Positions 29,676 to 38,677 of a stretch of 64,000 nt of DNA are shown here, in pieces (within the stretch, counting starts at the first letter, position 1; each line of letters opens with the position of its first letter). Source of the DNA: Oscillospiraceae bacterium (GTDB taxonomy: Bacteria; Bacillota; Clostridia; Oscillospirales; Ruminococcaceae); contig JAZPZN010000108.1 of NCBI GenBank assembly GCA_045544715.1, forward strand, positions 8,163 to 72,162. The letters are read 5' to 3'. Both the position numbers and the translations under genes were made by a program. Under the pieces are notes generated by a model. The model did no database searches and was not told where the DNA came from. It saw only the letters and a program-made list of their open reading frames with translations.

Positions 29676-30695
29676 TCAATAAATAGACTCGTCCTCGCTG
29701 AGCACATCCTCAAGCTTGTCGATATTTTCGAGCACCTTACCAGTGCCGTCAGCAACGCAGTCCAGCGGATGCTCTGCAATCTTTACAGGCATACCTGTTT
29801 CAGCATGAATGAGCTCATCAAGGCCCTTCAGCAGTGCGCCACCGCCTGCCAGCATGATGCCGCTCTCGATGATATCGGCTGCAAGCTCGGGGGGAGCCTT
29901 TTCAAGGGTAGTCTTGATGGCATCGATAACGTGGGAAAGGGGCTCAGAGATAGCCTCACGGATCTCCTCGCTGGTTACGGTGATATTCTCAGGCAGACCG
30001 TTGAGCAGGTTTCTTCCCTTGATATCCATAACAGGCTCAGTATCTGTAGTCTTATATGCGGATCCGATACCCATCTTGATATTCTCAGCGGTGCGCTCAC
30101 CGATGAGGAGATTATACTTCTTCTTGATGTAGTTGATGATAGCAGAGTCGAACTCGTCACCTGCAACTCTTACAGAGCGTGCCGCAACGATACCGCCGAG
30201 GGAAATGATGGCTACCTCACTCGTACCGCCGCCGATGTCAACTATCATGCTACCGATAGGCTCAGCAACGGGGAGACCTGCGCCAATAGCTGCCGCCATA
30301 GGCTCCTCGATAATGGAGACTCTCTTTGCTCCCGCATTCTGAGCGGCTTCCTTTACAGCACGACGCTCAACCGCTGTTACTCCCGAGGGGATGCATATAA
30401 TAACCCTTGCCTTGCCCCTGCCCTTGAGAGCCTTCTTAACGAACTGCTCCAGCATGCTGGAGGTCATGTCAAAGTCAGCGATTACGCCGTCCTTAAGAGG
30501 TCTTACAGCCTGAATAGAACCGGGCGTTCTACCGATAACATCCTTAGCCTCCTGACCGACATAGCGCACGCACTGCTGCTTTCTGTCAACAGCAACAACG
30601 GAAGGCTCACGGATGATGATACCCTTTCCTCTCATGTAGACCAATGTATTCGCAGTACCAAGATCGATACCGATGTCCTTTGTCATTCCAAACAT
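29676..30695 (-). CDS. mreB: Actin-like MreB
   Basis: [46 protein letters not shown]. Confidence 0.98.
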   Translation of the reverse strand: MFGMTKDIGIDLGTANTLVYMRGKGIIIREPSVVAVDRKQQCVRYVGQEAKDVIGRTPGSIQAVRPLKDGVIADFDMTSSMLEQFVKKALKGRGKARVIICIPSGVTAVERRAVKEAAQNAGAKRVSIIEEPMAAAIGAGLPVAEPIGSMIVDIGGGTSEVAIISLGGIVAARSVRVAGDEFDSAIINYIKKKYNLLIGERTAENIKMGIGSAYKTTDTEPVMDIKGRNLLNGLPENITVTSEEIREAISEPLSHVIDAIKTTLEKAPPELAADIIESGIMLAGGGALLKGLDELIHAETGMPVKIAEHPLDCVADGTGKVLENIDKLEDVLSEDESIY

Positions 30696-30753
30696 AGTAC
30701 AATACTCCTTAGATATATTTATTTTTATTTATAGTATTACATTGTATCAATTT

Positions 30754-30782
30754 ATTATAACACTATTTTCCGCATACGGCAA
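30754..30782 (-). promoter_or_regulatory. SigA-type promoter of mre operon
   Basis: Minus strand TTGCCG-17 bp-TATAAT. Confidence 0.6.
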
Positions 30783-30897
30783 TATAATATTTATATCAAT
30801 TTTTTACCGCAGGAAAAGTTTTTTTGGTATTTTAGCATAATAAAGAGGAAAATCGAAAACTGCTAAATCAAATCGACATTTTTTCGCTGTCACAAGA

Positions 30898-32922
30898 CTA
30901 TTCCGCTCCTCTGAAATAGAGCCCTCTTGTAAGACTTCCGTCAGGCTTTCCATTGCTAAGATACATATCGACAACAGGCTTTAATTCACGCTCCGTTGTA
31001 AACTTCAGCAGTGCAAAATCAAATTGCATAAGCGTTTTCTGCCTGTCGCTCATTATCAGCAGATCGGGATTCAGCAGCTCAACGCTGTTTCCTCCGCAGA
31101 GTATGGGCATCTCGTTTCCTCGCCTGTCCCTTATCGCACGTCCGCAGGGAGAGTTTCCGCAAGTCTTTCCTCCTGCAATAGGACAGCGGCGCATCGCCAT
31201 AAGAGGTAGTCTGCCATAAGCCAGTATTCCCCTCGGGACACCGCAGCTGATATCAGCAAGCTGCTGCGCCGTTCCCTCAAATGAGAGGGTAAGCTGACTG
31301 AAGCCATAACGCTCCGCAGCATCCGCCGCATAGCTGTTGATGATATTCATGCGATAGCTACCATGAAGCTCAAATCCACACTCTTTAAGCAACTGCGCAT
31401 GCCCCAGTGTATGTGCAACACCGACAGAAAATCCTGCAGCTCTCAAAACCATCAGCCTCTCACACACCTTATCCTCACAGTCGGCAAGAAAAAGCGGAGG
31501 TATCACTGCTATTTTTGACTTATCATCCATATTCTCGCTGATGATATCCATAGGAGCATAGACCATATCAAACGGCAGTTTTACTGCTTGCTTTAGCTGC
31601 TCAGCATTTGCAACCTCTGCACGCAGGGCTGTCTTTTGCTGAGATCGCTTTTTTATCGGAAGAGCCGCAAGTTCATTAAAGCTGTAATGCGGAGTGTTGC
31701 TTACCAACAAAGCCTTGTCAAGCTCCTCGCAGAGCGCACGTCGCAGGCTGTTGAGCTCTGCTGCAGGGATAAAAAGTCCCTCATCTACCTCAGCAGTGAT
31801 CTCGCCTGCACTGAACTGAGTGCCGCCAAGCTTCGCCATTCGTGCACTGATGCTTTCCTCTGTTGCAGGAGAACTCTGCGCCTCTGAGGGCACTGCCCCT
31901 GTAACTGTAGCATAAATCCCGCCGCATTTTGCGCAGGCCTCCAGTGGCTCGCCTGCAAAAGCGGTAACGTGTATATCTACAGTAAAACGAGGAAGCTCAT
32001 CCTTATACAGGGCCTTTATTCCTGCAAGTGCCTTAGCCGAGTTATCCACATCCTCCTTGCCACGTATACCCTGCATATCTGAAAGGGAACCGTTAAAATA
32101 GCTGTCGGTAAGCCCACCTCTGGAGAATATACCGCCAAGTCGCTCCCTGTCATATTCCTCACCGTTAAGGCTCTTGTAGCAGGCATCAACAGCGCACGCC
32201 ACATACTCAGGACGCTTCATCCTGCCCTCTATCTTGTAGGAGGATATGCCTAATTTCTCAACTCGAGGAAGATGCTGTATCAGACTGCTGTCTTTGAGTG
32301 ATATCACATGATGCCTATCATCGCAGGTGAAATCCAATCGGCAAGGCTGCGCACAGAGTCCTCTGTTGCCACTCCTGCTGCCAAAAACGCTGCTCATATA
32401 GCACTGACCGCTTATGCAAACACAAAGCGCACCATGCACGAATATCTCAAGCTCGGTATCAGTGTTATCAGCAATATGCTTTATCTCTTCAAACGATAGC
32501 TCTCTGCCAAGCACCACACGAGAAAAACCGATATCTGTTGCTGCTTTCACTCCGGAAAGACTGTTGAGCGTCATCTGTGTGGAGGCATGACGGGACAGCG
32601 ACGGACAGACCTGCTTTGCTATCTCAGCTGCACCCAGATCCTGTATAATAACTCCATCGATACCGCATTGTGCTGCCATTTTCAGGCACTCTGTAAATTC
32701 CTCTATCTCGCTGTCATATATCAATGTGTTAAGTGCTGCATATACTTTTACACCACGTCGGTGACACTCAGCACATACTGTCTTTAACTCGTCTTCAGTG
32801 AAATTGTCAGCATGCTTTCTCGCAGAAAACTGCTTTAATCCCACATAAACGGCAGCGGCGCCGGTATTCAGCGCCGCTGTAAGGCCCTCAATGCTCCCCA
32901 AAGGAGCAAGAATTTCACTCAT
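30898..32922 (-). CDS. U32-family peptidase-like hydroxylase with DUF3656-like region (RlhA-like)
   Basis: EILAPLGS, HASTQ, VLGREL, EIFVHGALCVCISGQCYMS...GNRGLCAQPCR (Fe-S cysteines), KIEGRMK, KLGGTQF. Confidence 0.85.
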   Translation of the reverse strand: MSEILAPLGSIEGLTAALNTGAAAVYVGLKQFSARKHADNFTEDELKTVCAECHRRGVKVYAALNTLIYDSEIEEFTECLKMAAQCGIDGVIIQDLGAAEIAKQVCPSLSRHASTQMTLNSLSGVKAATDIGFSRVVLGRELSFEEIKHIADNTDTELEIFVHGALCVCISGQCYMSSVFGSRSGNRGLCAQPCRLDFTCDDRHHVISLKDSSLIQHLPRVEKLGISSYKIEGRMKRPEYVACAVDACYKSLNGEEYDRERLGGIFSRGGLTDSYFNGSLSDMQGIRGKEDVDNSAKALAGIKALYKDELPRFTVDIHVTAFAGEPLEACAKCGGIYATVTGAVPSEAQSSPATEESISARMAKLGGTQFSAGEITAEVDEGLFIPAAELNSLRRALCEELDKALLVSNTPHYSFNELAALPIKKRSQQKTALRAEVANAEQLKQAVKLPFDMVYAPMDIISENMDDKSKIAVIPPLFLADCEDKVCERLMVLRAAGFSVGVAHTLGHAQLLKECGFELHGSYRMNIINSYAADAAERYGFSQLTLSFEGTAQQLADISCGVPRGILAYGRLPLMAMRRCPIAGGKTCGNSPCGRAIRDRRGNEMPILCGGNSVELLNPDLLIMSDRQKTLMQFDFALLKFTTERELKPVVDMYLSNGKPDGSLTRGLYFRGAE

Positions 32923-34103
32923 AATGTAAGCTGTCCATCCTCTAACATTTCGTTTATCTGCTTGTTAAGCGATGTATTTGTTTTCTTTAATTCCTTGTTC
33001 TGCTTGGTGAGGTCTGCAAGCTTTTCACGCAGCTCCTCGCAGTCGCTCTCGGATGCGGCAAGCTTGTCAGCAAGCTCCTTTGCGCCGCTGCTGCATGCCT
33101 TCAATGCCTGATTTTCATCCTCAGTTTGAGAGAACTTTACCTTAAGCTCATCGAACTCTGCAGATACCTGTGCAAGTTCCTCATTAGTCTTCCTCAGTTC
33201 AGAGCAGATCGCCTTTTCCTGTTCAAGAGCATCCTCCAGACGCTTGATTTCATCGGAGCTGCTATCATCATTTGCCTGCTCCTCCAAAGCCTCTATCTTA
33301 GCCTTGAGATCAGCATTCTCCACTGCCAGTGCCTTGATCTTCGCATCTGCTGTGGCAACCTTTATCTCCATCTCACGGCTCTTTTCCTCTGCCTTTATCT
33401 GTGCAGTCTTTTCACCGCCCTTTACCGCCTCTGTTCTTGCCGCAGATGTAGCAACCATGATCTCTTTTTCTCGCTCTTTTTCAGCGAGCATGGCTGTTGC
33501 TTTATGTGCTTCTTCTTTAGCGGATGCAAGCTCATTCTCTGCTGCTTCCAACTTTGCCTTCATCGCCTGCTCAGATGATACTGCAGCCGCAAGCTTTTCC
33601 ACTGCTGTATTTTCGGATGCCTTTACTGTCGCCAGCTGACCTTCAAGCTCCGCCACCTTTGCATTTATCTGATTTTTCTCCTCAGTTGCCTTGCTGTTAA
33701 CCGAGGATAGCTGCTCTGTCAGCGATGCGTTTGCATTTTCAAGCTTTGCATAACGCTCACGCAGCGACTCAAGCTCACTAGAAAGTGTCCTCAGTTGGCT
33801 GATCTCATTCTTGAGCTTAACAAGCTCCTCAGCGTCAGCATCTGCTTTTGCAAGCCTCTGGGCTGCCACTGCCTTTTCAGCAATGAGCGCACGATTCTCA
33901 TTTGACAGATTCTGCTGCTCATTTATCATATCCATTATCGTAAAGATAGCACCATCAAGATATGTCATTGCAGGATTAGGCTTGCAATGCTCCTTGATAC
34001 ACTTGTCCGCATTGTTTGCGACCTCCAGCATACGCTCTGCGTTGTCGGTCTTCATATTATATCTTTTATCGCAAATGATCAGAGTTACCTTTTCGTTAAG
34101 CAT
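32919..34103 (-). CDS. ZapA-like N-terminal domain followed by ~330-aa coiled coil
   Basis: KVTLIICDKRYNMK.....ERMLEVANNADKCIKE...P.MTYLDGAIF resembles ZapA; the zapA-U32 order is common in Clostridia; ATGA overlap with U32 gene; rest is E/K/A-rich heptads. Confidence 0.65.
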   Translation of the reverse strand: MLNEKVTLIICDKRYNMKTDNAERMLEVANNADKCIKEHCKPNPAMTYLDGAIFTIMDMINEQQNLSNENRALIAEKAVAAQRLAKADADAEELVKLKNEISQLRTLSSELESLRERYAKLENANASLTEQLSSVNSKATEEKNQINAKVAELEGQLATVKASENTAVEKLAAAVSSEQAMKAKLEAAENELASAKEEAHKATAMLAEKEREKEIMVATSAARTEAVKGGEKTAQIKAEEKSREMEIKVATADAKIKALAVENADLKAKIEALEEQANDDSSSDEIKRLEDALEQEKAICSELRKTNEELAQVSAEFDELKVKFSQTEDENQALKACSSGAKELADKLAASESDCEELREKLADLTKQNKELKKTNTSLNKQINEMLEDGQLTL

Positions 34104-34194
34104 GGCAGTATATCCTTTCAAAATTGATATATTTATATTATATATCAGTTTATTTGCGTTTTCAAGTGTTTTAAGAAATTATTTAGAATATTTT

Positions 34195-35139
34195 TTATGC
34201 GACAGCCTCTTTACACTCATAGCAGCCGCATATCAGCTCAGGCACATAGCCCTGCTCCTCCAACAGCGTCAGAATATCAGGCTCTGCATAAAAATGCAAA
34301 GCACCTACAAAAACAAACACAGTTTCACCGTTTTGAAGCCAATGTATGATGCTTTCTGCCATCCGCATCTGACGTGAGGTATACATCAGGGCATAATACT
34401 CTTCATAACTCTCACTGTCGATATATTCAGCCTCAATGAAGCTCTCCAGAGAATCGCTATAGCTATGATCAAAGCTGCACCACACCATATACATCTCACG
34501 CAAGATATCAGCCTGTGTATCATAATTGTCGCCAATGCAATCAGTAACACTGCGCACCTGTATATCCATCGGGATACTTCCCATATTTTTATACTGCTCA
34601 ACTCCGCTTTCAAGCTCTATTATCGGCTTATCCATACGCTTTGCCCTGCTCAGAAGCAGGTTTTCTGTACCAAACTCTGCTGAGAAGCCACACTCCTCCG
34701 CCACCCTGTTTGAAAGCACCGATGCCCAGTAGTAAGGAAGCATGCTCTCCATAGCGAGATTATACAATCCTTTCTCCTTGTAGAACTGCTTTACGCTATC
34801 ATAGCTTTCTCCAAAAAAAACGGCAGCGGTCGTCCCCTCGGGGCAGCGAAGATATCCTATCGCCTCATTCATCGCCGCCCTGTCGGAAGAAAATGCGATG
34901 GTATCAAGCTCTGCCGCTATCTTATCAGAGCTGTCAAAAGCATCGTAAATATAATCGGGATAATCGGAATTTTCAATTCCCATATGAAACGATCCCAACA
35001 TATACACCTTGCCGCCTGTTTCAATGTCTTCGACCACCCAGAAAGGAGGATACAGCTTGACCGGCTCACGGCTTACACCGCAGGAAGTCATCAGCAACGC
35101 TATTGCTGATGCCAGTATACAACATATCAGCTTTTTCAT
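34195..35139 (-). CDS. TraB/GumN-family lipoprotein
   Basis: Lipobox LLMTSC; GKVYMLGSFHMG, AELD, GTE, R...MAESI, FVFVGALHF. Confidence 0.85.
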   Translation of the reverse strand: MKKLICCILASAIALLMTSCGVSREPVKLYPPFWVVEDIETGGKVYMLGSFHMGIENSDYPDYIYDAFDSSDKIAAELDTIAFSSDRAAMNEAIGYLRCPEGTTAAVFFGESYDSVKQFYKEKGLYNLAMESMLPYYWASVLSNRVAEECGFSAEFGTENLLLSRAKRMDKPIIELESGVEQYKNMGSIPMDIQVRSVTDCIGDNYDTQADILREMYMVWCSFDHSYSDSLESFIEAEYIDSESYEEYYALMYTSRQMRMAESIIHWLQNGETVFVFVGALHFYAEPDILTLLEEQGYVPELICGCYECKEAVA

Positions 35140-35753
35140 TTTATGCTGAATAACCTTCCTCCAACCTCAAAGGCAGGCCCGTGCTGCCACAAAAATGTTG
35201 AAAGCAGCACCTCAAATCCCTCGCCGGGGCCACAGAGATAATCAGCAGGCTTACCCTTAGGCAGACCATATCCCGACAGAAGATTTGTGATAACACCGCC
35301 ATGTGTCACCACTGCGGCACGGGTTATCTCCTTTTTGCGCATATCCTCAAAGATCATATCTAGACCGCTGATGCAGCGCAGTGTGAAATCACCGTAGCTC
35401 TCACCATTGGGAGGGCAAGCCTCAAAGCCACCCTTCAGCCACTCAGCATAATCAGCGTTGTCAGCAAGCTGCTGCTGTGTGCAGCCCTCAAAGCTGCCGA
35501 AATCCATCTCCATTATCTCATCAACTATCATCTGCATATTATCGGGATAGATGATGTTGGCGGTCTCGATACACCTTTTAAGCGGAGATGTGTATACCTT
35601 CTGCACTCTAGGATAAAGCTCCATATCCTTGTAAGCCTTTATGGTATCCTCGCCCTCTTTGCAAAGAGAGAGGTCTGTAATACCTATGTATTTGCCCTCA
35701 AGATTGCCCTCCGTAATACCGTGGCGAATGAAATAAAGATAATAATTTTTCAT
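35136..35753 (-). CDS. Histidine phosphatase family protein (CobC/PGM-like)
   Basis: IRHGITEGN, YTSPLKRCIETA, EMDFGSFEG, PPNGES, VTHGGVI; true start MKNYYLYF at 35753 (track extends upstream spuriously). Confidence 0.85.
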   Translation of the reverse strand: MKNYYLYFIRHGITEGNLEGKYIGITDLSLCKEGEDTIKAYKDMELYPRVQKVYTSPLKRCIETANIIYPDNMQMIVDEIMEMDFGSFEGCTQQQLADNADYAEWLKGGFEACPPNGESYGDFTLRCISGLDMIFEDMRKKEITRAAVVTHGGVITNLLSGYGLPKGKPADYLCGPGEGFEVLLSTFLWQHGPAFEVGGRLFSIK

Positions 35754-35976
35754 GGTATTCCTCCGTTTTTTGTGCTTATACAAAGCATTTTTAGCTAAAA
35801 ACGCCGTCAAAATGCCCTTAATTATGAATAATATCCTACTCTTACAGGATTTTTTTGTTAAATATGCCGCTTTACAAATCGGAATATAAAAGATATAATA
35901 TACTATATGATATTTTGCAATGAGTAAAATTACAGACCCTAAAAACAATGACTTAACGTCATCCAGGAGAAAATAT

Positions 35977-36645
35977 ATGAACAAAGATTTCCCAAGGCTG
36001 CTCACCGTTCTCCGTAAAGAACGGGGATTAAGCCAGAAGCAGGTTGCCGCTGACCTCAAAGTCACTCAAGCTCTGCTTTCTCATTACGAAAACGGCAAGC
36101 GTGAATGTGGCCTAGACTTTCTTGTAAATGTTGCTGATTATTACGGTGTTTCCACTGATTTCCTGCTCGGTCGTTCCCACACCAGCAGCGGTGCTACAAT
36201 CACCGAAGAGCAACTGCCTGAAAGCACTGTTTCCGAAAAATATGACGGCGCTCCCTCGGGAATGCCCGTATTCCTTTACAAAAAGCTTATCACAAACACT
36301 GTTGAAGTGGTATTCTCACTGTTGATCAAAGCGAAAAATACTGATCTTGCAAAAGCCGTTTCCAATTATCTTATCCTAGCAGTTTATCGTGCTTACCGCA
36401 TGGTATACAGCACAGGCGGCAAGAATAATGAGCAGGCATTCAGCATACCCCATGCCGATGCTGCAGGTCTTACCAACGCAGCAATGGCAGTGCAGGATGT
36501 AAAAGCAGGTGCTGCGGCTACAGCTAACGGCACCCAGGACGAGCCCATAACCACTCCCCGTATTGAGCAGCAATATCCACAGCAGGCAGCTGCATTACAG
36601 GCAGTAATCAAAAACTCAGAAACGCTTATCAACAAGCTAAACTGA
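35977..36645 (+). CDS. XRE-family HTH transcriptional regulator
   Basis: LRKERGLSQKQVAADLKVTQALLSHYENGKRE...VADYYGVSTDFLLGR; upstream TTTACA-17-TATAAT promoter (35871-35899). Confidence 0.88.
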   Translation: MNKDFPRLLTVLRKERGLSQKQVAADLKVTQALLSHYENGKRECGLDFLVNVADYYGVSTDFLLGRSHTSSGATITEEQLPESTVSEKYDGAPSGMPVFLYKKLITNTVEVVFSLLIKAKNTDLAKAVSNYLILAVYRAYRMVYSTGGKNNEQAFSIPHADAAGLTNAAMAVQDVKAGAAATANGTQDEPITTPRIEQQYPQQAAALQAVIKNSETLINKLN

Positions 36646-36651
36646 TATCTC

Positions 36652-36675
36652 AAAGCCGGTCGTTGTACCGGCTTT
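36652..36675. terminator. Bidirectional terminator
   Basis: aaagccggt-cgttgt-accggcttt between convergent genes. Confidence 0.75.
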
Positions 36676-36680
36676 TTAGT

Positions 36681-38177
36681 TTATTCAGACTTTTCCTCAG
36701 CGATATCTTCCTCATCATCTTCCTCATCGGGAACTACGTTCTGCTGACGGCTGAGGAACATCTTGATTGCCTTTACAAGACTCTTGAAATTCATACCGAT
36801 CACCGCAAGGAACATCAGAACATTTATCACATTCTGCAGTAATCCATACTCCATGAACATTACCGACAACGCAAGCAGTGCAAGCACCACAAGGTTTGTC
36901 GCCATACAGCGCCAGTCTATCTCCATATAAAGAAGCTTTTTGGTATCGATAACACGGAAAACAAACACCAGCACATAGCTTGCAAGTGTAGCAATAGCCG
37001 CACCGATGACTCCGATAGTGTTCAGCAGGATAAGATTAAGTATGATATTTGCACCTGCACCTACAACCGATGTGACAAAGCTGCGCATGGTCTTGTTGCT
37101 GCTTTCATAGATGCTGCTAAGAAAACTGTTGAAGCTCTGAAAAACCACTGCAAACAGAAGCACAGGCACGTAAAAATATGCATCCTCAAAGCCCTCAGAG
37201 CCAAACAACGGCATGATTATCGGGCGGATGACCAGCATTATTCCTGCCGCTGCCACATACATGATAGTCTGCATCATACAGAATACGTTTGAATAGAAAT
37301 TCGATACAGTTCGTGAGTTGCGCTCTTTTATTGCAGACATATGCCATGCACGGGAAAAAATACCCACAATGGTCGCCGCAAGATTAGGAAACTTGTATGC
37401 AAACGAGTACACGCCATTCGCAGCACTGCCGAAAAAGCCAGTGATCATAAATGTATCAGATACGTTCACTATCCACCACATTACAGTGGTGGGCATTAGG
37501 GGAACGCTGTATTTCAGCATATCGCTGAGATTCTGCTTTGTGTATCGAAGCGGTCGATAATCATTGTATAGCTTTGCTTTAAGCGTCAAGAACACGATAG
37601 AGCACAGATCACCCATAGATACCGACAGCACATAACCAACTACCCCCAGATCAAACACTGCCAGAAACAGCAGATTAAAGAGGATAGTTGCCACTGTCGT
37701 CAGTATTCCGTCAAGCGCAAACAATCCAACTCTGCCCCTTGCACGGACATAGATAGACATAGTAGCCTTGATGCCACCCGTGCAAACATACAGAAATATC
37801 AACCACTCATAGCCTGCCAGCATCTCGATAAAGCCGATGAGCGGCACAAACGCTGCAAATACTATGAGACCTACAAATGTAACATCAATACCTATCGACA
37901 ACACACGCTTCTTGCTGTGTATGGCATCCTGTACAACAACACCATCGTCGCCTTTTTTGGCCTTTATTCCATAGCGAAGCACGCCCTCGCTGATGGAGAG
38001 CGTCACCACTGATATGAGAAGTGCCGATGCATTGATGATGTTTGTGGCATCACCAAAGCCTTCAGCTCCCAGCATACTTGTGTAAAAGCCAAGCATGAAA
38101 TACACAAGCAGCTTAGACGAAAACTGTCCTATGGCCAGAACGATAGTATTGTTAGCCAGCTCACGATATTTGTTCAT
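36681..38177 (-). CDS. Wzx/RfbX-type oligosaccharide flippase
   Basis: LANNTIVLAIGQFSSKLL, ~14 TMs, MLKYSVPLMP..MWWIVNVSDTFMI, GVYSFAYKFP, GAAIATLASY. Confidence 0.85.
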   Translation of the reverse strand: MNKYRELANNTIVLAIGQFSSKLLVYFMLGFYTSMLGAEGFGDATNIINASALLISVVTLSISEGVLRYGIKAKKGDDGVVVQDAIHSKKRVLSIGIDVTFVGLIVFAAFVPLIGFIEMLAGYEWLIFLYVCTGGIKATMSIYVRARGRVGLFALDGILTTVATILFNLLFLAVFDLGVVGYVLSVSMGDLCSIVFLTLKAKLYNDYRPLRYTKQNLSDMLKYSVPLMPTTVMWWIVNVSDTFMITGFFGSAANGVYSFAYKFPNLAATIVGIFSRAWHMSAIKERNSRTVSNFYSNVFCMMQTIMYVAAAGIMLVIRPIIMPLFGSEGFEDAYFYVPVLLFAVVFQSFNSFLSSIYESSNKTMRSFVTSVVGAGANIILNLILLNTIGVIGAAIATLASYVLVFVFRVIDTKKLLYMEIDWRCMATNLVVLALLALSVMFMEYGLLQNVINVLMFLAVIGMNFKSLVKAIKMFLSRQQNVVPDEEDDEEDIAEEKSE

Positions 38178-38219
38178 TTATCAGATGATCCTTGCTTGCC
38201 GCTATATGAAAAGCGGCTT

Positions 38220-38675
38220 TTATTTTTCTCTAAGCTCTTTGAAAAAATCAGTAAGTATATCACCGCACTGCTGCATAAGCACACGGCTGCGCACATACGG
38301 GATATGTGTAAATTTCTCCTCGAACATGCATATTACAGAAGCGCAGGCGCCGTTCTTTTCATCGAAAGCGCCATACACTACTCTTTTAAGTCGGGAATTC
38401 ATAATAGCTCCTGCGCACATCGGGCAGGGCTCCAACGTTACATAAAGCGTGCAACCGCACAGCCTCCACTGACCCAAGGCCTTCGCTGCCTGCTCGATAG
38501 CTATGATCTCAGCATGGGCGGTGGGCGACTGAAGCTGCTCACGCAGATTGTAGCCCTCGCCTATGACCCTGCCGTCAGGAGCAACAACTATCGCTCCCAC
38601 GGGGCATTCGCCAAGATCATACGCTTTGTTTGCAAGCTCAAGGGCTTTCATCATATATTCTTCGTCAAGTGTCAT
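38220..38675 (-). CDS. tadA: tRNA adenosine(34) deaminase
   Basis: ECPVGAIVV, TAHAEIIAI, TLEPCPMCAGA, VVYGAFDEKNGA, LTDFFKELR. Confidence 0.9.
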   Translation of the reverse strand: MTLDEEYMMKALELANKAYDLGECPVGAIVVAPDGRVIGEGYNLREQLQSPTAHAEIIAIEQAAKALGQWRLCGCTLYVTLEPCPMCAGAIMNSRLKRVVYGAFDEKNGACASVICMFEEKFTHIPYVRSRVLMQQCGDILTDFFKELREK

Positions 38676-38677
38676 AG

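Noticed and set aside
34195-35139. TraB name suggesting conjugation
   Set aside because: TraB/GumN is a metalloprotease-like family; no relaxase, T4SS or integrase genes are in the window.
35754-36065. Track's 309-aa version of the histidine phosphatase
   Set aside because: The N-terminal ~100 aa run through an AT-rich divergent promoter region and overlap the XRE gene; the RBS supports the start at 35753.
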